NCBI GenBank assembly: GCA_964016885.1
Contig: OZ024740.1
Coordinates: 347,758,001-347,822,000 of the forward strand
Reading direction: 5' to 3'
Length of the DNA stretch: 64,000 nt
Source of the DNA: Eledone cirrhosa
Taxonomy: Eukaryota
This document shows positions 25,201-36,710 of the stretch, piece by piece. Below the pieces are notes generated by a model. It was not told the DNA's origin, ran no database searches, and saw only the letters and a program-made list of their open reading frames with translations. Position 1 is the stretch's first letter. The number at the start of each line of letters is the position of its first letter. The position numbers were made by a program, and so were the translations under genes.

Positions 25201-28200
25201 CCTATTTGTTTATTTTATCTTTTACACTGACATTGTCTTCAAACAGCTTTTAGAAACATGGCTAAGTTATATCCAGCCATGGCGCTACGATAGTCTAAGT
25301 AGTAGACATCAATCACAAAATACTGAAGAGAATGATAATGGAATTAGACAAGACAGATGGTAAGTTCTATTATGTCTTCACTCTTGCATATACAGGGCTG
25401 CTCAGTTCTTTGAGAACATTTGCATGAATTTAGTAAAAGACTCTTCATGAAAGAAGAGATTTATTTGAGAATAATCTTGAGACTCTTGAGGCACATCTAC
25501 TCAATAAATTTGCTGTTAGCATCAATGACTTCTTCAATTTGAAGCCTAAAATTTTGACATACCTGAATAAGTTTATCTTTCTCTATTTTGGACATTGTGC
25601 TAGTTATTGTGGATTTCAGACATTTTATAGTGTTATGGGGTAATGGTTGACTTCCCTCTCAACTACATCTCATACATAATAGTTCAACAGATTTATGTCT
25701 GGTGAGCTAGGAGGCCATATGTTTGGAGTGAAGGGATTGTGAGATTGTATCTCATCCATTCTTTGGGTGTCTTGGCCTTATGAGATCGCGCATAGTCTTG
25801 TTAGGTGTATGATCTTCCTTTGCTTATGATCTCTATCCAAGGCCTCACATTTTAAATATATACTTTGCAATTAAATTTGGTAGACAGAAACTGTAAGATC
25901 ACCTGGCACACACACATCATCATCATCATCATCGTTTAACATTCATTTTTCCATGCTGGCATGGTTTAGACAAGTTATCCTGTTGTGAGCAATGCCAGAT
26001 CAGGTGACCATGTCTTGCTTGTACAGAACTGATTTGGGTTTGGTTTCTATAGCTGGATTCCCTTCCTAGCGCCAACCTCATTTACACTGAGTGCTAGGTT
26101 CTTTTTGTTGTGCTACCTACACGACCACTTTACAATGTGGACTGGGTACTTTTTGCCCTGACACCTACACAACTACATTACAGTGTGGGCTGAGCACTTT
26201 TTTGCCATGTTGCCGTCATGACCACTTTACAGTGTAGGCTAGGTGCTTTTTGTTGTGTTGCTATCATGACCACTTTACAGAGTAGGCTGGGTGCTTTTTG
26301 TTGTTGTTATCACGACCACTTTACAGTGTTGGTCAGGTGACAGTGGAAAATAAAGAGTAAAGGACATATGGTTAGGGAGGACAACATATAGATGATGAGA
26401 GGAAGAGAGATATTACTGTTGTTATTCTAATAATTTAATGTAATTTCAGGTACAGTTTTGTTGTAGATAATTTATTATTCTACTCTGCAATTTTCCATCA
26501 AATTTTACCACGTTTCTTCCGAATGGATCTTACTTCTCCTCACAATGCTTACATGATGTTCAGAATAACAAAGGTGAGCTTTAATACATGAGATTTCCAT
26601 CTATAAAATTTTCATGTCATCATTATTGCCTAGAAGTAGATTAATAAGATAAACAAATAGATTTTGCATTTAAATATCTACAATGAATACAAGAAGCTGA
26701 ATATAATAATTTGCAATTGCTTTCATTTGCTGTCATGAAAACTAGATACTGTGAAAGTATGAGTCTGTGACAGTAGCTGAATAAAAAGGAAAGTGAATGT
26801 GAACGAAAAAAAATAATAATTTACAATTAGAGTTTTACGATGGGTTGAATTGGGAGGCATCGTAATTGAATGAAAAGAACTGACATTAAAATTAATATCG
26901 GGTGTTATACATGTTATTTCCAAAAAATGTTCAAAAGTAAGAAAGAATTTAATCTTAAATTTGATATATTATGTGTGTGTGTGTATATATATATATACAA
27001 TGATGATGATGCTAAATATATATATATATATATATATATCATCCTTTAACGTCCATTTTCCACGCTAGCATGGGTTAGACAGGTCGTCCCATTTGAGGCA
27101 AGTTGGGTCAGGTGACCGTGTCTTACTCATATAGAACTGTTTCTAGTTAGGTTTCTATGTATATCATCATCATCATTGTTTAATGTGTTAGACCATGCTA
27201 GCGTGGAAGATAGACGTTAAATATATATCATATACATCTGTATATGTATTATGTATATGTATTATCTGTGTATATATATTATCAGTTTATGTCCACTTCT
27301 CCATGCTTGCATGATTTGAACAAAGTTTGGAACTTATGCTGACTTAATGGGCATTAAGGAACTGAGAGTACAAGACTGCCCATGGACAGTATGCCAGTTC
27401 ATCTCAGGGTAACACTAGTAGCTAATGTTACTAATTTTCAGCCAAGTAGACTGTAGCAATGTAAAATAAAGTATGTTTCTTATGGTCGTAACTCCTTGCT
27501 TGCTCTGTGAATTACATTGCCCTTAAGCAAGTCACTGGACTTTCGCAAAGACAGAAGTGTTTGACTTCGGCATATCAACACCTTCACATCTGCTGATGTC
27601 ATACTTGTACTAGTTGCTGTTATAATGATTGCATAACAGCTCCAGACTGGTGTCACTGAATTATGTGTGTTATGCCAGAATAGGATTATGTAACATCTGT
27701 CTTAACATTAATTCATACATATATATATGTATGAATTAACATACACACACACACACTTAAAATCATTGTCTTCATTAAATAGTGATGTTTATATATATAT
27801 AATTGTTTGACTCTCTCCCCTTTCTTTCTCATCTACACATTCATAATAGTGAATGTCATCTGATAACATTTTATTCCCTTTTCATTTCTTTTATTCTAGG
27901 TGTTCAGTAATCCTAACCTTGTAGCTATGCTTCACGAAGGTTTGTAAAATTCTCTTGCTTATTTTTGCTCTTGTTTTTTTATTCTATCTGTTGTATCTTT
28001 CTCTCTCTCTATATATATGTATTTATGTTATCTAGAAATGACTTCTACAGGACTAGAACTGTTTCGTTCTTTTGAATGTGTGGAGAGAGAAAGAGTTCGT
28101 GTTTTAAATATGTCAAGTAAAAAAAAAAAAAATTCAATTAACTAAGGCTATCCTCAAGTTCATAGCTGAATCTCCCTCTTGACAGCGAGGGTTGCTAAAT

Positions 28201-31200
28201 TCTGTGAAACAAACAAGGGAGAGAACTCATTGTCTGAGTTGATCTAATATGTTTTGGAACATTTTGAGACAATATAGTGAGAGCAAACTTCAGATAGGTG
28301 AAAGCAATGGACATGTTTTTACCTTAGTAGCCTGTGATTTAAATGAGATTTTCCTGCTATCTATATATGGTTGAGCAACACATAAAGATTCGTTTATTGG
28401 CTCAACATCGATTGATTGAAGGATTAATACAAATACATGAATTAATTTTTAACTTCCAATTTTTTCTCATCACTTTTCAATCTTTTTTTTTATTAGCTGA
28501 AGAAGTTATGTACCAACCAATATTCCTTCAAGCTAACGCAACCAGAGATATTGGTGGCAGCTATTTGTCTCCCGATCATAGATTAAATGCTGCTCTTAAT
28601 GTTCAGATTTCCGAATTGGAGAGACCAGGCTTCCAATATACACCACTATTTGATCGAACCACTATTGACACAGTTAGTTCATTTTCTCATTCTATGGATT
28701 TATTTATTGTTTTTATAATTTAAAAGATTGTGTGTATGTCAGGGGGTTTGTTATTATGCATTATCTATATTATATATTATGTTGCAAAATTACCATAGCA
28801 GAGGGCAAAATGCTATGAGGCATTTTCTTTCTGGTTTTCTACACACCGAGCACAAGTCCTACTATGGTCACCTTTGCATTTAATCCTTTTGAATTTAATA
28901 AAATAAAGTACCAGATGGAATGCCTTGTCGTATTTCTTCCAGCTTTTTGCATTTCATGTTTTGTTCCCACTGTTTATTTAGACGGTAGCCTTAATCTCTT
29001 GCCTATTTGAATTCGTTTAGTTGAGTTCACTTTTGCAAACATTTGGACCAGGTTCATCCTTGAGGATACATCCTTCCTTCCTTCTAGTCATGGATGTTCT
29101 TGAAAGGTTCCTGGGCACTACCCTTCCCTCTCTGGTTACACAGTAAAAAAGAAATGTTTTCTGTGTTGATTGAATATAGTCTCCTATTTCTGACCCATAA
29201 ATGACGTATGTAAGACTTTAGTAATAAGCACCTTATTTGATTCCTTTACTGAGCATAACATAAGAGTAAATATGTATGTGCATGTATCTGTCCAAGTGCA
29301 TCTTCATACTGACATTCTTTGAAACAAGCCATAACGTCCATGTCCCACATAAACCATATGTCCCACAGTTGACTGGTTCAATGAAGATGAGCCATATTTA
29401 ACCAATTTAAAAATAAGTATTGGTTGGCGTCACATAGATCATCCAGCTGTACGTCCAACTCATGCCAATATGGAAAGGCAGGCATATAAATGATGATGAT
29501 GATGTTATTAGTGAAGTTAATATTAACATATCAACTTCACTAATTACATGATCTTCAGCAGATATGTTTCAGTCTTATTAAACTATACTTGCCCAAGTAA
29601 TATTGAGAAAATTATTACTAAATAGATGTACAATATTGTTTAGAAGTAGATGTAAAAATTAGCATATTATGGATTGTGTCTCTGAGGGATGTCATTTATA
29701 TTTCTGGCTAGTGCTGCCTATAGAATTTGTAATTTTTTTTTTTTTTTTTCTGTGACAGGTTCGAAAATTACTGATAAACATTACTCATGCCAAGAAGGAG
29801 GTTAGATCTTCTGAAAATGCTGAGAAATCATCACAATTCACTTTTCCATCTATTTGGTTTAAAATAGGATCTTTTTTCAACACCAACAACTTTTCTAGTG
29901 AGTCTGATTCCATTGAACTACAGAGGAAAACCAGACAACATTTGGAAATGGTGGAAAATCAGTTACAGTATATATTTGATGTGGGTATTTTTCAATTCCT
30001 ACTTGCAATGTTCATTGATGATGAGGAGGATCATCATCAACCTCATTTGACATCCTTTTTCCATGCTGGCAGGAATTGAATAACAAAACTATATAGGTTA
30101 GGGAATCAGGGATTGCTCATATATTGCAGTTTTTGCTTTGATTTTGTGGCTAGATGCCCTTCCTAATGCTAACCTTTTTACAGCGAGTACTGGGTGCATC
30201 TTATTTTGTCACAACCGCTAGAGGTTGTCATGTATTTGGCAACGATGAAGAGTCCCCAATACCCTTTTAATTCAGTATCAAAGTGCATATCTGATGCTAG
30301 TGATAGAGAATTGGCAGAATTATTAGTGTTGTATAAATAAAAAAGAGCCTCTAGTATTTATTCCGGCTTCTGGCATTTTGAATTCAAATACCATTGTCAT
30401 TAACTTTACTTTTCTTCTTTTCTTTGTGAACTCAACAAATAAACTAACACTCAAAGGTAATGGACTGTCAGAATCAATAGAGCATAAGCTGGAATGCTTT
30501 GTGGCATTTATTCCTGCACATAGCATTTTAAGTTCAAATCCCACAGTAGCCCACTTGGAAAGTTCACTTAATCTGTTGTTCAATTTAACACCACTTCCTG
30601 ACCCTTGTGTCCTTTTATTGGATTCCACTCAGGGTCTATGAATTTAATTTGTCTAGAGGCCAATAAAATGTCAACAGCAATCCTTAAGCTACCTTTCCCT
30701 ATTATATCTTGCACCTTAATTACACAGCCACTGCTTACAGTTGGTGCAGTCATTTTGTCAAGTTTGCTTAACAGTCATTTGGTTCTGGGTTGGATTTGAC
30801 TGCACAGCACCTTGGACCAATTTTTTCTACCATAGCTTTGAGTCAACTGAGACCCATGTAAGTGAAATTGGTTGGATGAAAAATGTTGGATAGAGTGGTT
30901 AGATTTAATCTGCTGGTCAGCTTATCACTATTATACTCATTAGATACCTCTGCAAACATGTAAACAACCAAATCTACACAACGTAAGTTATGGTTTCTTC
31001 CTCTTTTTCTTCTACCTGACTTGAAGGCTCTACAAAAGGTCATGGGTGCTGCTCTTCTTCCTTTCATCATCATCATCATCATCAACGTTTAACGTCCGTG
31101 TTCCACGCTTGCATGGGTTTGGACGGGGGTTTTCCCACTTGAGGCAAGAGTGATTATCTTGCTCGCATAGGACTGTCTGGCAGGTTTTCTACAGCTGGAT

Positions 31201-34200
31201 GCCCTTCCTAACACCAACCACATTTACAGTGTGGGGCTGGGAGGGTTTTACCGTGTTGCCTACACGGCCACATTACAGCGTGAACTGTGTTTTTTTGACG
31301 TGACACCTACACGATCTCATTTGTTTCGGCCTGGATGTTGTGGCACCAACATAACTTTACATAGAAGGAGGCGGTGTGGATGGGGTGAGGGTGGTGGGAC
31401 GGGGGTGTATTTCGTTAGAGATGCCTACTGACTGTAGTAGGTTTTACTTTGTATTTAGGTAAGGCGGGTCTTCTCTATTACTGAGTACCGCTAAAGGTCT
31501 CGGTCCAGTGACATTGTCTTGGTGAGGTGTAAGTGTGTGAGGTCGGAATTTATCAACTCGTCCCAGGTTTTTCTGGGTCTGCCTATTCCGTGGCTACCGT
31601 CTATCTTTATTGCCCTGCACTTTGTTATACAGCTATCGTCCTTCATGCGCATCACGTGACCATACCAACGTAGCCTTCTCTCGAGTAAACAACATCTGAT
31701 CCCTCTTATTTCTAATTTTTTCCTTAGTTCGTTTATGCTTTGCCGTTCACGTATATTACTATTACACATCCAGCGGAGCATGCAAGCTTCGTTTCTCTCT
31801 AGTCTGCGTATATCCTCTGCACACAATGCCCAGGTCTCACTGCCATGCAACATTGCTGTTCGTATGCAGGCATCGTACAACCTGCCTTTCATTTTTAGGG
31901 AGAACCCTTTAGCGGCTAATAGTGGTATAAGCTCTCTGAACTTTTTCCATCCAGTTCTGACTCTAGCTACTGTACTTTCAGAGCACCCTCCCCCACTGCT
32001 GATTTTGTCACCCAGGTAACGGAAGCTGTCCACTATTTCTATAGAACCCTCTGCACAGTTGAAAGAGCTAGTATTTTGTGGGCACTTGCTGCTACTTATT
32101 GCACCAGAGCACCGGCCACATGTAAAATCTATGTTCTTAGTTAGCTTACCTGTGATCCCACTACATCTTTTATGCACCCATACTTTGCATTTGGGACACA
32201 AAATGGAGTTTCTACCTACGCCTTTCCTACATACTGAGCATGGCCACTTTCCGGAAGGGACCGCCACCTTATTTTCTTTCTTACAAACTAGAACTTTAGT
32301 CTTAGCCAGGTTAATTTTAAGGCCTTTTGATTCTAGGCCGTGCTTCCATGTTTAGAATTTCTTCTCTAGTTCAGCCATTGATTCAGCTATGAGTGTTAGA
32401 TCATCTGCGTATAGGAGTTCCCATGGGCAACCGGTCTTGAACTCCTCTGTTATAGCCTGAAGGGCAATAATAAATAGTAGGGGGCTGAGAATAGAGCCCT
32501 GATGGACGCCAACTTTTACGCTAAACTCTTCACTATATTCGTTGTTAATTCTAACCTTGCTGACTGTTTCTTTATACATGGCTTGTATAGCTCTCACAAG
32601 CCATTCGTCAACACCTAGTTTTCTAAGAGCCCACCAGATAATGGAACGGGGGACTCTGTCAAAGGCTTTCTCCAAGTCGACAAAAGCTAAGTATAGGGGT
32701 TTACTTTTAGCTAGGTACTTCTCCTGTAGTTGTCGTACAATGAAAAGAGCGTCTGGTACTTTTGCCTGACACAAACCCGAACTGCATTTCATCTAGATCA
32801 ATTCTCTCTCTGATTAGTTGCGCGATTACTTTTTCCGTGACCTTCATGACCTGGTCGATTAATTTAATGCCTCTATAGTTACTCCTATCTAGGGCATCTC
32901 CTTTACCCTTATAACAGTTAACGATGATGCTGCTACGCCAGTCCTTCGGAACAACCCCATTCTGTACGACTTGGTTAACTATCCGGGTGACCATGGTGTG
33001 TCCCACCGTACCAGATGCCTTCAGCATCTCGGCAACTATTTCCGAAGGCCCAGCCGCCTTACCTGTCTTCATATCTTTGATTGCCTTACTTATTATACTA
33101 CCCTCGACTAACACTGCTGGTCCCTCTATGGGGTCGATGTGGGGGAGACTGTCTTTCTCCCATTTATTCTCCTCATTTAGTAGCCTTTCATAGTGACACT
33201 TCCAAGCTACCTTCTTATCAGCGTCGGTGATGGCAAGTACGCCGTCATCATTAAGTACACACTTCTCCCCGACAATATCACGGTTTTCCTTGACACATTG
33301 CCTAGCAATCCTGAACACCTCACGTTTTTGGTCCTCGCGTTGTAGAACCTGCTTGAACTTTCTTTCCTCTTTGTTTAAACAATATACTAAATAAACAAAT
33401 AAATCTACTGTTAAAGTTCTTAGTAGTTCAGACACACATAATTTACTTTATCTTTTCTATTTATTTCAAAATTCAGATTTCACCTCCAGAGGTTTTATTC
33501 TACAATGAAAACAAGGATAGTAATTCAAATTTAACAAATGGTGATGTTCATAAACAATGTAAAAAGGATGAAAATTCACCTGAATTTGAAACTACATTTG
33601 AAGGTAAACGCCTTACAGATACTGGAAGACACCAGGTAATTATTGTTGTTCATTTTTTTCTATACTATAACATGCTTTCATTTCCTTTTACTTTCATTAG
33701 TTAAGTCATATGGTAACACTTTTCATATGAAACTGCCTGAAACTACTTCTGATTCTATGTATAAAATTCTCTGTTTCAAAGTCTTCATATTGAAACTAAA
33801 ACTATCAATCAGAATTTTATGCAAGAACCTTTTGCTAAGTTGTCTTCCAAACACTAGTTTTATAATGAAGAAACTATTTATTTTACTAAATCTTTCTAAC
33901 AATGACTATGAAGGACATCTAGTGGTTTGGGTTTTAGGTTGAAAGTTTGAGTCCCAAGCTAAGTAACATATTGCATCCTTGAGCATAGCACTTCATTTCA
34001 CTTTTACTCCAAGCCACTCATTTGAAAACATGAGTAACAATAGCAACCAAGGTTAACCATGCAATGGGATCAGTATCCTACCCAGGGTGAGGTTTTGTCC
34101 ACTGTCTCATGTAACTGGGATAAGCTCCAGCCAGATATACTTCCAGAATCAGAATCCATCTAACTTCCAACTATGCAATTGTTTTTAAAATTAATGGAAA

Positions 34201-36710
34201 AACACAGGGAGTATATTGTATTGGACAAATTGTCATAAAAATGTTAGATCTTCGTTTGCTATTTAGTTTTTAACTCACTTATTTAAGATATAGAAAATAT
34301 GTAACATGTTTTAATGAATGATGCTGCATATGATTTTCAAATTAGTTTTAAAATAATCTAGATGAAATTGTGTTGGAATGTTTTTAGATAAATATAAATA
34401 CAAAGGCCAAGAGATTGTGTTGAACTGCAGAATAGGTTAAGTCTCCCCTCAGATGGGCCATGGCAAAGATCAAAAACAAACATTTAGATACTCAATTGAT
34501 TTCTGCAGTCCATCACTTTTAGACTTGTATTTTATTTATCAACTTTGGAAGCTGAAATTAATACCACTGCTACACAAATATTAATAATATTGTAGTGGTC
34601 TTTAGTAAATCGTAGCCAGAAATTTAGTATTGACCTAAATCTTGTATGCATTTCTGTCTAATTTTTAGCTGATGAATAAGCTACGCACTGCCAATGTGAG
34701 TTACCAAGGTGATCCAGACCTGCAACCAGTGAGAAGTTTTGAGAATAGTTTCCTAGTTCAGAATCTTTACAAAATTTGCTGTCAAATCAACAATCAGGTA
34801 ATGTCTAATATATTGGCATTGTGAATATTGCTGCTATATTACAAAGTTGCTTTGTGATCTGACACAATATACCTGAGTGTTATATGAGGTAACTAAAAGC
34901 ATTAGAGCCTGGAAAGTATTTTGCCTTAAAACATTACCTTGAAAAGGACCCTGTGAAGTGTTTGAAGCCTGTCATAGGGCCTGTTAATCTAAGACTAGAA
35001 AATAATGAAGCAAGCATGCTTTGATGGATGTGCAATGTTAATAACAAAGCATGGATGAGCTGAGATAAAAGTTGTGTATGAAAAGAATTAGATATAGTGT
35101 GCTAATGAGCACACTGCAGGTATGGATGAGGATCGATCAGAAATCCTAGAAAGAAAGTGCAGTAGAAAGAACCAAGGAAGACCTGAGTGGAAGTAATAAA
35201 AACTTATCTCAAATCGTTGAAGCTCACAGAAGAGATGAAGAACGACTTCAACTAGTGGGGGGTTGCCATGCTAGAAATAACCCATCTAACCTTTGCAAGC
35301 ATGGAAAAGCGGACGTAATACAATGATGATGATGATAATAATGTAGATATAAATGTATCGTAGACTAAGATGGTTGGCACTTCTATAATCATCATCATCA
35401 TCTTCACCGTTTAACGTCCAACTTCCACGCTAGGGTGGGTTAGACAGGTAATATTTTCTTCAAGTTATATTGGGAAAAACAAACTGCTCTATGACATCTA
35501 ACTGCTGCTAAAGAATAACCTATATTAGAATTAACTCACATTATTGCTTGAAATATGATACATATAAATCCAACACTGTGTTCTTTCATAGGCACAAGGT
35601 AAGAAATTTGTGGGAAAGGAACAATCAATATGGACCTTAGTACTTGACTGGTATGTTATTTCTTTAAATGCTGATGGATGAAAAGCAATGTTGACATCAA
35701 TAGGATTTGAACTCGCAAAGTAAATGGTCAGAACAAATATGATATGGCATTTTGTCTGACATTTTAACAATCCTGTCAATCTTCCACCATTGGTTTATAC
35801 TAGTATTGTTACTAGTAATAATTGTTTCTACTTTTTGGCACAAGGCCAACAATTACGCAGTACATTACTGGTACTTTATTTTATCGACCACGTAAGGATG
35901 AAAGGCAAAGTTAACCTCGGCGAGATTTGAACTCAGACCGTAAAGGACGTAACTATGCTGGAAAGCATGGCGTCCGACTCTCTACCGATATTGCCAATCC
36001 TCCGCCCTACCTTGTTACTAGTAATAATGTTTCTATTTTTGGAACAAGGCCAGCAGTTAACCCAGTGCATTACTGGTGCTTTATTTTATTAACCCCTTAT
36101 GGATGAAAGGCAAAGTTAACCTGGCGGTATTTGAACTGAGAACATAACAGGCCATAAGTCCTATGCTGCAAAGCATGGTATCTGACGCTCTACCGATACT
36201 GCCTATTAATTAACAGAATATCGGAAAGCCAAAACCTTGATCCAATTTGCATTCAGAATTGTGGTAACCTTTCTTACATCTTGCATTAAAAATGCCTTTT
36301 AAATTATAACAATGATCTATTCTCCTTTCTTACCCTATGTTTGTTTCTTTTTTCAGTGTTCTACAACCATCAACAATTTGTACTACCGTGAAGACTTCCT
36401 TGGTCGGGTTATGCGGGCCTATATCCAGCCACCATTGTGCTTCAGGGATTTTTATTCACCAAACAAGCTACGCATCACATCAATTTCAAGCAAACCACAC
36501 TTAAGTCTTCGTATCTTTGCCAGCTACCATATCCTCTTTCGACTACTGATACTGTATATGATTCTCTATTTGTGCTACGATATCAGTTTAATTGGTTACG
36601 TCGTCATTTTACTCTTAATCGTCTTTTTTTATGGTATTGTACATGCGATCTTTGTAAAGCAACCTATAAAGTCATCTCCAAGAGACATCTTAGACAGTTT
36701 TGAGGACTAG
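9499..36710 (+). CDS. SMPD4: Sphingomyelin phosphodiesterase 4 (neutral sphingomyelinase-3) orthologue; 17 coding exons, 2442 nt, about 813 aa
   Basis: Hand-spliced exons join in frame. They give motifs recognisable from vertebrate SMPD4: [119 protein letters not shown] plus a C-terminal hydrophobic anchor. Confidence 0.93.
10873..10956 (+). CDS. SMPD4: SMPD4 exon 2 (VEFQNAISKPLLKRFEMVTSIIMNISTK)
   Basis: Long pyrimidine tract + TAG acceptor, AAG/GTAAAT donor, 84 nt, phase 0/0. Confidence 0.82.
12066..12530 (-). mobile_element. RTE LINE 3' fragment (same family as 31065-33372)
   Basis: PRKTWDDLINSDLTHLHL...DRDLWRYAV, followed by the shared 3'UTR and (GAT)n tail. Confidence 0.85.
13144..13359 (+). 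CDS. SMPD4: SMPD4 exon 3 ([15 protein letters not shown]...YDFPLHCLP)
   Basis: TAG acceptor, GTAAGT donor, 216 nt; strong SMPD4 N-terminal motifs. Confidence 0.93.
14319..14510 (+). mobile_element. SINE family A, full length
   Basis: A-box-like TGGCAGTATCGG, B-box GTTCAAATCCC, core, tail. Confidence 0.88.
14612..14800 (-). mobile_element. SINE family A, full length, inverted relative to the 14319 copy
   Basis: Reverse complement of the family sequence; flanked by TAGATAAT on both sides. Confidence 0.88.
15333..15429 (+). CDS. SMPD4: SMPD4 exon 4 (APTRRLIEEGAVPAFYANKLQMQAFGRPYLTL)
   Basis: TAG acceptor; ends at the U12 donor ATATCCTTT (phase 1); read-through hits TGA after a few codons. Confidence 0.88.
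15617..16290 (-). mobile_element. Chapaev3-like (CMC superfamily) DNA transposon, 3' remnant with transposase C-terminus
   Basis: ORF 15899..16282 has GCRMSLKLHMLDAHL...GAYSEEQGERFHQD...RYQG...DYIWGL; terminus CACTGTGTAACA at 15617. Family name from recall of the motif. Confidence 0.7.
16543..16711 (+). mobile_element. SINE family A with an internal deletion
   Basis: Head, core and tail match the family. Confidence 0.85.
16720..17048 (+). mobile_element. tRNA-derived SINE family B (CORE/V-like centre, RTE-derived 3' tail)
   Basis: TGGCTTAGTGGTTAGAG...GAGTTCAATTC head, CCTTGAGCAAGACACTT centre, tail shared with the RTE LINE, ends in (GAT)n. Confidence 0.85.
17211..17574 (-). mobile_element. 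SINE family B, inverted relative to the 16720 copy
   Basis: Near-identical reverse complement, also seen in the matching ORF-track peptides 16725..16967(-) and 17328..17576(+). Confidence 0.85.
17625..17844 (+). CDS. SMPD4: SMPD4 exon 5 ([16 protein letters not shown]...LVEDYLDYLLP...SQNTG)
   Basis: AC acceptor; GG/GTGAGA donor, phase 2; overlaps ORF 17660..17848. Confidence 0.9.
18116..18278 (+). CDS. SMPD4: SMPD4 exon 6 (SPIQSGH...[10 protein letters not shown])
   Basis: TTTTCAG acceptor, CAG/GTAACA donor, 163 nt, phases fit. Confidence 0.9.
18725..18796 (+). CDS. SMPD4: SMPD4 exon 7 (VFSDFWLNQNSANVNQLGVLYQNE)
   Basis: TTCAG acceptor, GAG/GTAAGT donor, 72 nt. Confidence 0.9.
19570..19715 (+). 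CDS. SMPD4: SMPD4 exon 8 (ELYVPTINHIRIARVLVKHLHYFVNS...IDQFK)
   Basis: Poly-T + TAG acceptor; donor AA/GTATCTTG, phase 2. Confidence 0.9.
20334..20516 (-). mobile_element. SINE family A with an 18-bp target-site duplication
   Basis: TSD ACTTCATGGAAAAATAAT at 20316-20333 and 20517-20534. Confidence 0.92.
21475..22300 (+). mobile_element. 3' part of a CRE-like non-LTR retrotransposon (zinc knuckle + restriction-like endonuclease), disrupted
   Basis: HQCRC...HPLSC...RHAALND...DGKRPDG...WDATCTDT...KY...PLAVETSG...RISLAILRGN across frames; visibly GC-rich. Confidence 0.8.
22918..23008 (+). CDS. SMPD4: SMPD4 exon 9 ([30 protein letters not shown])
   Basis: CTAG acceptor, GTAAGA donor; conserved WPLDxSFR. 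Confidence 0.92.
25247..25359 (+). CDS. SMPD4: SMPD4 exon 10 ([14 protein letters not shown]...QDRW)
   Basis: ACAG acceptor, TG/GTAAGT donor; conserved [10 protein letters not shown]. Confidence 0.93.
25916..26335 (-). repeat. RTE/SINE-B-type 3' tail with an internal ~41-nt tandem array (CACTTTACAGTGT..GCTGGGTGCTTTTT)
   Basis: About six diverged units at 26080-26330, next to a (CAT)n tail. Confidence 0.7.
26450..26573 (+). CDS. SMPD4: SMPD4 exon 11 (YSFVVDNLLFY...[17 protein letters not shown])
   Basis: TTTCAG acceptor, AAG/GTGAGC donor, phases fit. Confidence 0.92.
27900..27939 (+). CDS. SMPD4: SMPD4 exon 12 (VFSNPNLVAMLHE)
   Basis: Pyrimidine tract + TAG, G/GTTTGT donor; resembles vertebrate VFAQPNLAEMI. 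Confidence 0.87.
28497..28672 (+). CDS. SMPD4: SMPD4 exon 13 (AEEVMYQP...LERPGFQYTPLFDRTTIDT)
   Basis: Within ORF 28343..28723; TAG acceptor, GTTAGT donor, 176 nt. Confidence 0.9.
29759..29980 (+). CDS. SMPD4: SMPD4 exon 14 (VRKLLINITHAKK...RKTRQHLEMVENQLQYIFD)
   Basis: Poly-T + ACAG acceptor, GTGGGT donor, 222 nt open frame. Confidence 0.87.
31065..33372 (-). mobile_element. 5'-truncated RTE-clade LINE in SMPD4 intron 14 (RT pseudogene)
   Basis: NYRGIKL, FVDLEKAFDRVP, GVHQGSILSPLLF, LLYADDL, FRYLG, RRLRWYGHVMR, GRPRKTW. Disabled by a frameshift near 32755, TAA at 32352-32354 and TAG at 31491-31493; (GAT)n tail. Confidence 0.95.
33477..33635 (+). CDS. SMPD4: SMPD4 exon 15 (ISPPEVLF...EGKRLTDTGRHQ)
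   Basis: TTCAG acceptor, CAG/GTAATT donor; LTxxGRxQ motif. Confidence 0.88.
34669..34797 (+). CDS. SMPD4: SMPD4 exon 16 ([25 protein letters not shown]...INNQ)
   Basis: TTTTTAG acceptor, CAG/GTAATG donor; hallmark YQGDPxLQPxRSxE. Confidence 0.94.
35820..36203 (-). mobile_element. Two head-to-tail SINE family A copies
   Basis: Copies at about 35820-36007 and 36025-36203; the first is flanked by TTGTTACTAGTAATA on both sides. Confidence 0.82.
36357..36710 (+). CDS. SMPD4: SMPD4 exon 17, terminal ([16 protein letters not shown]...LSLRIFASY, transmembrane tail, stop)
   Basis: TTTCAG acceptor in ORF 36312..36710; hydrophobic C-terminal segment; TAG stop. Confidence 0.92.
   Translation, partial: [117 protein letters not shown]

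Noticed and set aside
26080-26330. ~41-nt periodic array
   Set aside because: Tandem expansion of a LINE/SINE 3'UTR unit; the units are homologous throughout, so it is not repeat-spacer.
32707-33435. 242-aa ORF as a host gene
   Set aside because: Part of the disrupted RTE ORF; its N-terminus is read-through from intronic flank.
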